IMG/VR virus record: IMGVR_UViG_3300025021_000154
Span: 25,087 to 89,086 of that record
DNA: 64,000 bases
Reading direction: 5' to 3' (one strand)
From: a virus
Lineage: Duplodnaviria; Caudoviricetes
Made by a program: the position numbers and the translations under genes. The notes under the pieces are model-generated. The model was not told where the DNA came from, searched no databases, and saw only the letters and a program-made list of their open reading frames with translations. Positions 1-6,640 of this stretch are shown here, piece after piece (the stretch's first letter is position 1; every line of letters begins with the position of its first letter).

Positions 1-1107
1 GAGCTGGTCTGCGTCAACCCGGTTTCGGTCAAGGTCAAATACGCCCAGGGCGAGCTGATCGAGGCCCGGCAATTTCCCGAGGACACACCCGGCGGCGGCG
101 ACTCCATCCCGCTGCCCGTCGAGCAGGTGGTCCACCTCAAATGGGACGCTCCGGCCTTTTCGCCCCGGGGCAATTCTCTCGTGCTTCCCGCCTTTCAGGC
201 CATCGAACTGCTACGCGACTACCGCCGGGCCGAACAGGCCATCGCCAAGCGCTGGGCCACGCCGTTCCGCCTGCTCAAGGTGGGCGGCGCGTTCGGGCAA
301 AAGATGGTGATGCCGGACCAGCGGATGCTCGAACAGGTTCGCGACATGGTCAACAAGATGGACATGAAAAGTGGCCTGGTGGTGCCGTTCTACGTCAATG
401 TCGAAACTCATGGCACCGACGGCCAGGTTCTCAATGTCGAGGACAAGGTCAAGGAGGTGAAGGAAGACGTCGTGGTGGCCCTGGGACTGTCGCGCTCGCT
501 GGTGACCGGTGATGGCCCGAATTTCGCCACCGCCTCGGTAAGCATGCAGAAGATGATGGTCATGATCCGCGAGATCAAACAGGCCGCACGCAAGCTCCTC
601 GACTGGGTGTTCGACGACTGGATGGAGCTGCGCGGCCAGGGCGACAAAACTCTCCAGTTCATCTTCAACGACCTCGACCCCAGCGACGCGGTCGATTTCA
701 AGAAACTCCTCATCGAACTCTACGACCGCAAGCTCATCAGCCGTTCCAGCCTCCAGCTCAAGATGGACTTGGACCCGGACATCGAGACCGCCAATCGCGA
801 AACCGAGAGTAAGAAGATCGACCTGATGGACGAAAAGCAGGTGAAGCCCGTGGTGGATATGGTTGTCTCGGGCATCCTGAGTGTGCCTCGCGCCAGAAAG
901 ATGCTCGGGATTCCTGCCGAGGACAACGAGACTTCAGCAGAGGCCGCGCTCGTCTGGTCAGGAGATCTGGAATCCACCGGCGATGCGGCCGTGTGCGACG
1001 AGTGCAGCCATTTCGACACGGCCACCAACCACTGCCGGGTCCACAACAGCGAGCGCACCTTCGACGCCCCGGCCTGTCGTTTCATCGACCGCCGGGAGCC
1101 CCGCTGA
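1..1107 (+). CDS. Phage portal protein (5' truncated by window edge) with Cys-rich C-terminal tail
   Basis: Frame is open from base 1 (ELVCVNPVSVKVKY...VVHLKWDAP). It lies directly upstream of MuF and the head genes, and has portal-like segments (SPRGNSLVLPAF, LGLSRSLVTGDGPNFATA). Confidence 0.8.
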   Translation, partial: ELVCVNPVSVKVKYAQGELIEARQFPEDTPGGGDSIPLPVEQVVHLKWDAPAFSPRGNSLVLPAFQAIELLRDYRRAEQAIAKRWATPFRLLKVGGAFGQKMVMPDQRMLEQVRDMVNKMDMKSGLVVPFYVNVETHGTDGQVLNVEDKVKEVKEDVVVALGLSRSLVTGDGPNFATASVSMQKMMVMIREIKQAARKLLDWVFDDWMELRGQGDKTLQFIFNDLDPSDAVDFKKLLIELYDRKLISRSSLQLKMDLDPDIETANRETESKKIDLMDEKQVKPVVDMVVSGILSVPRARKMLGIPAEDNETSAEAALVWSGDLESTGDAAVCDECSHFDTATNHCRVHNSERTFDAPACRFIDRREPR

Positions 1108-4100
1108 TGTCATCGGACCTCAAGCAGCGCATCCAGGCGGCTACTCTGAAGAGCCTGACGGCCCGCAACCTCTACAACGACCAGATCACGGCCCAGCTCA
1201 CCCAGGCGCTGAAACAGGCTGAGGACGAGGTCGCCCGCGCCATCCTCCAGTACCGCTCCCTCGGCTCGCTGCCGGACAACAAGCTCGCCGCCCTCAAGGG
1301 GCTGGAAAAGCTCCAGCTCGAACTCGACGACACCATGAAGCGGCTCAAGCGGGAGCAGACCCTGGTTTATCGCAAGACGACCAAGGACTCCTTCAAGCTC
1401 GGCATCCAACAGGGAATCGGAGAGTTCGCCGACGCGGCGCTGCCGTTCTATGCCGACTTGAAACCCGAAGGCATCGATAAGCTGGCCACCAAGGTCTTCA
1501 CCATCGTCGACACCAGTGCCCTCGACTTCATGGCGCAATACAACCTCACGCTCGCCGGTGACGTCCATCGCGAGCTCTCAGACGGCATCAAGCGCACCAT
1601 CCTGAACGGCATCGCCACGGGCAAGGGAGCCGACGATATCGTCCGGGACATGGGCAAGGTGATCATCGACAAGGATTCCTTCCGCCAGGCCGGAAGCCGG
1701 GTGTTCAGCAAGGCCCAGTACCGCATGGAGATGATCGCCCGCACCGAGGTCCTCCGCGCCCACAACATGGGCAGGCTCAAGTTCCACGAGCGGGTCGGCA
1801 TCCAGAAGCTGGAATGGCTGGCTATGGAAGACGAGCGCATGTGCCCGGTCTGTGGCGGCCTGGACGGCAAGACCTTTCCCATCGACAAGTTCCCCCAGCA
1901 ACCCGCGCATCCGCATTGCCGCTGCACCAACGTCGTGGCCTGGCCGATGACCGTCTGCGGCAGCGAGATGGTTGCCAAGGCCGCCGCCCAGGCATCGCAG
2001 GGGGACGCCTGCATTCTCCCGCCCCACGTGCTGGAAGGCATGGCCGATGCCCAGGCCAAGGAGAACGCCAAGCTCAAGAGCGCCTTTGAAAATGGCGACA
2101 TCACCGAGCTCGGCTCGTTGACGGTCAAACAGCTCCAGACCCTGGCGAAACAGAACGGCGTGGCCATCGCCCGGACCAAGGCCGATTTCATCAAGCTGCT
2201 CGATCTGGCCGAGCCGGGAATCGATCATGGTGACCTGGCCGGAGCGGCGCTCAGCGCCAAGCTCAAGGAACACAAGATCGGCCTGCTGCGGAGCAAGGAC
2301 GAACTGATCGAGTTGCTCGGACTGAAGCAGGCGGAACTCAAACAGGCCAAGTTGCTCGCCGCTCAGATGGCGAAGATTCCGCCCGCCGAGGGGCTGGAGG
2401 GCATGACCGCCCAGCAGCTCAAGGAGATGGCGAAGGAGAACAGCATCTCCCTCAACATGACCAAGCAGGAGACCATCGAGCTGCTCGACAAGCTGGAGCC
2501 CGGCGTGGACCACAGCGGACTGATGGGCAAGGAACTCGCGGCAGCCAAGCAGAAGCACGGTATCGGCATTCTCAAGAACAAACAGCAGCTCGTCGAGGCG
2601 CTGCAGAAGAAGGCCGGTACCGACATGGCCGAGTCCGTCAAGCAAAAGGCGGTCTCTGACGCCAAGCAGAAGCTGATCCAGAAACAGAAAACGGCCCTCG
2701 AAGACGCCGCAAAGGCAGTGGTCGTTCCCGACTCGCCGACAGGCTACAAGGATTTCCTCGACACGATTGCCAAGGCGGAACAGGCGGTTTCCGTCGGCAC
2801 CGATCTGCCCCAGGAGATGCTTGCGGCCCACAGCAAGGAAATCGCCTTCAAGAAACAGCTCTTCCAGGACCAGATCGGCAAGCTGAAATCGACCGAGCTC
2901 AAGACACTCGCTAAGGAGACCAAGGTCCAGTATTGGCAATGGGCCAACAAAGACGAGCTGACCACGCTCTTTACAGAGACCGACCCGGGGAAAATCAAGG
3001 CGGTTCAGGCGAGCATCGACGCCAAGCATGCCGCCTGGGCCGAAAAACATGGCGGCAAGAAGAAAGCAGCGCAAGCCAAGCCCATCACTCCGAAAAAGGA
3101 GCCGCCGAGTCCGGTAAAGCCGTCCGAGGCCAAGATCGGCAAGAAAGGTGCGGAGTTCTCAGACGCCGATTCTGCATGGCAGCAAAAGGGACTGCCGTCA
3201 AAATTCAAGAAATCCGGCAAGGCCGCTGTCGGCGGCGCACATGAAAAGGAGTTCTGGACCGACGAGAACGGCGACAAATGGCTGTTCAAACCCAATGGCC
3301 GCAAGGACGATGAGTTCATCGCCTTTGGAGAGGAGGCCGCCTACAAGATCGGCCGTCTGATCGATCCCCACGCCATCGAGGTCCGGACCATCCAGTTGAA
3401 CGGCCGCATCGGTTCCATCCAGAAATGGCGCACCGATCTGCGGGACGACTTCGATTTCCGCAACATCCTGCCTCAGGATCTGACCACCATCGAACTGGAA
3501 CAGATCCAGCGCGAGCACGTGGTCGACTGGCTGATCGCCAACCACGACGGGCATTCCAAGCAGTTCATCCGTGCCAGGGACGGTCGCGTCCACGGCATCG
3601 ACAAAGGCCAGGCTTTCAAGTTCCTGGGACAGGACAAACTCTCGCTCGATTACCACCCCAACGGGGCGTGCGGTGAGGAAGAGCCGTTTTACAACAAGGT
3701 CTTCCGGGCGGCCAAGGAAGGGAAGGTGCGGGTCGATCCGAACGCGACGCTTCGCTACATCCACGAAGTCGAAAAGATCGCCGACGAGGATTATCTCGGT
3801 CTGCTGCGGCCCTACGCCGAGGGCCGGTTCGCCAAGGACCCGGCCGGGCTGAGGCATTTTTACGATCTGGCCCTGGAACGAAAGCACAATCTCCGGCGGG
3901 ACTTCGAGGCTTATTACGCCGATGTGCTGGGGGATCGTGGATTCCGTTTCGACAAGCTGACCGCCGCCACCGGCAAGAAAAAGCTGCTCTCCTCCGCCGA
4001 GGAAGCCCTGGTCGAGGAAGCCCGCAAACTCGGCTGGCAAGGCAAGACATTGCCCTTCGACAGCGGCGACGTGGAGGATCAGAACGCGCTGATTTTCACC

Positions 4101-5678
4101 GAAACCTTCAAAGGGAAAAAGCGCACCGTGGTCAAGATGAAGATCCGGCCGGACACCGACCGCCGCATCGACGAGCTGCTGCGCAAGTACGTGCAGACCA
4201 CTGCCGGAGAAAAGGGGCAACCGCTAAACGAAGACAACTTTTTCGAGACCGTTCTGGACGCCGTCAAGAACGTCAATTTCCACGTCGGTGACGGCAAGTA
4301 CAACCGGACCAAGATCGACAAGGCCCTGCGCCTGCGCAAGAAACTCGAGGCCCTGCAAAAAAGCGCCGATCCCAAGGTCAAAGAAATGGCGGACCACTAT
4401 CTGAAATGGGTCAAGGAGATCGAGGAGTCCGTCGATTGGGACCGGGCCACCAACGGTGTTTTCGAGCAGTACCTGCCCAAGCTCGACGCACAGAAACCCA
4501 AGGAGAAACCGCCGTTCAAGGTGGAACGCGGCAAGGTGACCCACGCCAAGCGTAAGATCGGTTCCGGCACCATCAGCGTCGAGGCCGACGACGTCGACAA
4601 CCGGACCCTGTTCAATCACAACTCCCGCATGCAGGACGGGCATCAGTACACCGTGACTTTCGAGGACGGCACCCGAGTCCGCTATCGGCCTTGGACTGAC
4701 ACCAACCTTTACGCCCAGCGCGGCGAGCTGGAAATGATCCTGGATGGCGACACCACCCCCGGACGGGTCGAGGCCATGTTGGAAAAGCTCGAACAGCTCG
4801 GGATCGATACCCGGGTGGCCACGGCGGAAAACGCCGAACAGATGTATCTGGAGAAGCTCGCCTACATCCGCAAGACCGACAAGAGCGCCGACTACAAACG
4901 GCTGCAGAAATCCCTCGACGACCGCAACGCCACCACCCCCGAGCGGGTCCAGGCCCTGCGCGGCTATTGGCAAAAGGAATTTGGCGTCCAGGACATAACC
5001 CAGCTTTCCGGATACAACCCGCTGGGCGAATACCAGGCAGGTTTTCTGGACCGCGACGCCAAGGGCGGGTACCGGCACCAGTTCCGATTCGATATCACCG
5101 AGGAAGATCTTGAAAAACAGATGAAAGGCTATTCGCTGGTCCACGACTTGACCAACGGCGAGAGCATGTCCGGCTTCATCGACTCGATCATGGAGAACAA
5201 CGGAGCCATGGTCAGCACGGTCGAGAAGATGCGCATGGGTGTGGCTCCGGGTGGAATGTCCCCGGTGGCCGACATGCAGACCGGCGGCGCGAGCTATTTT
5301 TTCACCCGGATCAAGAAACAACCGGTCAGCGATGCTTCACCGGCGCTCTACTTCAAGAAACAGATGCTGCGGCGCATGGACGCCATCAGCTACGACCATG
5401 ACGCCTACGGCAAGGTGATAGACGACTACGTGCAGCGCAACCGGGGGGCCAGCATCGACGACTGGAAGCGGTTCTCGCAACGCCATGGCAACGAGACCAT
5501 CTTCAAATACTCGGTGACGCTGTTGGACAACATCGAGTTCGTCGTGGCCCGCAGCGACAACGAACGCCGGGAGATCATCCAGACTTTCACCCGGCGCGGC
5601 ATCAAGAAACTATCTGACGGGCGCAAGGTGGAGGACATCGTCCATACCCCGCAAAGCTGGAGCAAACGCAAACAATGA
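1107..5678 (+). CDS. MuF (Phage_Mu_F/SPP1 gp7-like) minor head protein, 1523 aa, with SAP/HeH-like repeats, HipA/PI3K-like kinase domain and candidate ADP-ribosyltransferase C-terminal domain
   Basis: ATG overlaps the portal stop (TGATG at 1105-1109). MuF signature IARTE...EWLAMEDERMCPVC...HPHCRC. Kinase motifs KWLFKP, DWLIANHDGHSKQF, IDKGQAF. C-terminal H...SYFFTR...NETIFK pattern. Confidence 0.85.
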   Translation: MSSDLKQRIQAATLKSLTARNLYNDQITAQLTQALKQAEDEVARAILQYRSLGSLPDNKLAALKGLEKLQLELDDTMKRLKREQTLVYRKTTKDSFKLGIQQGIGEFADAALPFYADLKPEGIDKLATKVFTIVDTSALDFMAQYNLTLAGDVHRELSDGIKRTILNGIATGKGADDIVRDMGKVIIDKDSFRQAGSRVFSKAQYRMEMIARTEVLRAHNMGRLKFHERVGIQKLEWLAMEDERMCPVCGGLDGKTFPIDKFPQQPAHPHCRCTNVVAWPMTVCGSEMVAKAAAQASQGDACILPPHVLEGMADAQAKENAKLKSAFENGDITELGSLTVKQLQTLAKQNGVAIARTKADFIKLLDLAEPGIDHGDLAGAALSAKLKEHKIGLLRSKDELIELLGLKQAELKQAKLLAAQMAKIPPAEGLEGMTAQQLKEMAKENSISLNMTKQETIELLDKLEPGVDHSGLMGKELAAAKQKHGIGILKNKQQLVEALQKKAGTDMAESVKQKAVSDAKQKLIQKQKTALEDAAKAVVVPDSPTGYKDFLDTIAKAEQAVSVGTDLPQEMLAAHSKEIAFKKQLFQDQIGKLKSTELKTLAKETKVQYWQWANKDELTTLFTETDPGKIKAVQASIDAKHAAWAEKHGGKKKAAQAKPITPKKEPPSPVKPSEAKIGKKGAEFSDADSAWQQKGLPSKFKKSGKAAVGGAHEKEFWTDENGDKWLFKPNGRKDDEFIAFGEEAAYKIGRLIDPHAIEVRTIQLNGRIGSIQKWRTDLRDDFDFRNILPQDLTTIELEQIQREHVVDWLIANHDGHSKQFIRARDGRVHGIDKGQAFKFLGQDKLSLDYHPNGACGEEEPFYNKVFRAAKEGKVRVDPNATLRYIHEVEKIADEDYLGLLRPYAEGRFAKDPAGLRHFYDLALERKHNLRRDFEAYYADVLGDRGFRFDKLTAATGKKKLLSSAEEALVEEARKLGWQGKTLPFDSGDVEDQNALIFTETFKGKKRTVVKMKIRPDTDRRIDELLRKYVQTTAGEKGQPLNEDNFFETVLDAVKNVNFHVGDGKYNRTKIDKALRLRKKLEALQKSADPKVKEMADHYLKWVKEIEESVDWDRATNGVFEQYLPKLDAQKPKEKPPFKVERGKVTHAKRKIGSGTISVEADDVDNRTLFNHNSRMQDGHQYTVTFEDGTRVRYRPWTDTNLYAQRGELEMILDGDTTPGRVEAMLEKLEQLGIDTRVATAENAEQMYLEKLAYIRKTDKSADYKRLQKSLDDRNATTPERVQALRGYWQKEFGVQDITQLSGYNPLGEYQAGFLDRDAKGGYRHQFRFDITEEDLEKQMKGYSLVHDLTNGESMSGFIDSIMENNGAMVSTVEKMRMGVAPGGMSPVADMQTGGASYFFTRIKKQPVSDASPALYFKKQMLRRMDAISYDHDAYGKVIDDYVQRNRGASIDDWKRFSQRHGNETIFKYSVTLLDNIEFVVARSDNERREIIQTFTRRGIKKLSDGRKVEDIVHTPQSWSKRKQ

Positions 5679-6187
5679 CCATGAAGGACTTTATCGAACA
5701 GGAGAAAGGGCGGCTGCAGGAAGCGCTGCACTGGTTCAACAGCCGGGGCAGCCGCATGACTGTCAGGGAATCCGGGGATCTCTTTCTGGATACCCTGGTG
5801 GGCAGCTTCACCGTCACCCGGATCGGCCCCCATTTCGATTCCGCTGGCAACCACCTGCGCACCGATTTCTGGCTGTTGTGGAAGGCGCTGGGCTACGACG
5901 AGGGCTTTCAGCACGCCCACACCGTCAAGGTCGTCGATGTCAGGATCGAAGACACCCTGACGGCCGAACATGACGGCAAGGAGGTCGAAGGCTGGCTGAT
6001 TGTCGATCTGACCGACGACCTGGGCCGGGTTCACCATGTCGAAATGATCGAGCCCGTTTCCGAACCCGAACTCGCGGCGGACTGGCAAAGATGGATCGCC
6101 TACCGGCAGAAAAACGCCGAGAGATTCCGCCGGATCGACGACCAGCTTCTGGCCGAGCATCTCAGAATTGCGGAGGATTGGTCATGA
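5675..6187 (+). CDS. Hypothetical protein, 170 aa; candidate immunity/antitoxin for the MuF effector
   Basis: ATGA overlap with the MuF stop. Small and acidic, no recognised family. Role inferred from position only. Confidence 0.6.
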   Translation: MTMKDFIEQEKGRLQEALHWFNSRGSRMTVRESGDLFLDTLVGSFTVTRIGPHFDSAGNHLRTDFWLLWKALGYDEGFQHAHTVKVVDVRIEDTLTAEHDGKEVEGWLIVDLTDDLGRVHHVEMIEPVSEPELAADWQRWIAYRQKNAERFRRIDDQLLAEHLRIAEDWS

Positions 6188-6537
6188 AACTGCGCTACAT
6201 GATCGACTCGATATTGGTCGACCGGCGAGCCTCCGTTCCAGAATACGTGCCCGTGGGTGTATGGGTTCAGGGGCCGGGTCCCGGCCTGGATGTGGAGATG
6301 TACTACCTCGACCGGGGACCGGATGGGCTGGTCGACCGCAAGGACGAGGCCGCCTGGGTGGTCAACCGTCTGGTCGAGGCCGGGGCCACTTCGCTTCCGG
6401 CGGATTTTCTCGAATACCACCGGCTGTCCCGCTCTCCCTACGACGGGGTCTTTTCGGAGATTGCCGAGATCGACGAATACCCCTCCCTCGACGCCTGCGG
6501 CAAAGCCGTTCTGGCCCGGCTGAACAACGCCATCTGA
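6184..6537 (+). CDS. Hypothetical protein, 117 aa; second candidate immunity protein
   Basis: ATGA overlap at 6184-6187 (MKLRYMIDSILVDRR...). Followed immediately by the repeated promoter-like motif. Confidence 0.6.
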   Translation: MKLRYMIDSILVDRRASVPEYVPVGVWVQGPGPGLDVEMYYLDRGPDGLVDRKDEAAWVVNRLVEAGATSLPADFLEYHRLSRSPYDGVFSEIAEIDEYPSLDACGKAVLARLNNAI

Positions 6538-6552
6538 AATTCGCCGTCACCC

Positions 6553-6586
6553 TCCGACACATCGCCGACGCTTCCGGTAAGTAACC
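6553..6586 (+). promoter_or_regulatory. Conserved motif copy 1 (TCCGACAC-N10-CTTCCGGTAAGTAA), putative late promoter
   Basis: Same two-block motif with identical spacing at 6553, 11945, 20384 and 27360, each in an intergenic gap. Confidence 0.7.
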
Positions 6587-6640
6587 GCTGAACGCTCCCC
6601 GCAGATCGCGGAGAGCCCAGCAAATTAACCGGAGACGTTG

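Noticed and set aside
993-1106. ORF-track start of the MuF gene at 993
   Set aside because: It overlaps the portal by 115 nt with low-complexity translation. ATG 1107, coupled to the portal stop, is the better start.
1578-3074. Long minus-strand ORFs (this one, 3198-4220, 4224-5321, 19939-21342, 24479-25585, 27706-28803, 36107-37078, 45699-46829, 51732-52790, 53564-54475 and others)
   Set aside because: They are antisense shadows of well-supported + strand genes in GC-rich DNA, with no recognisable motifs or RBS.
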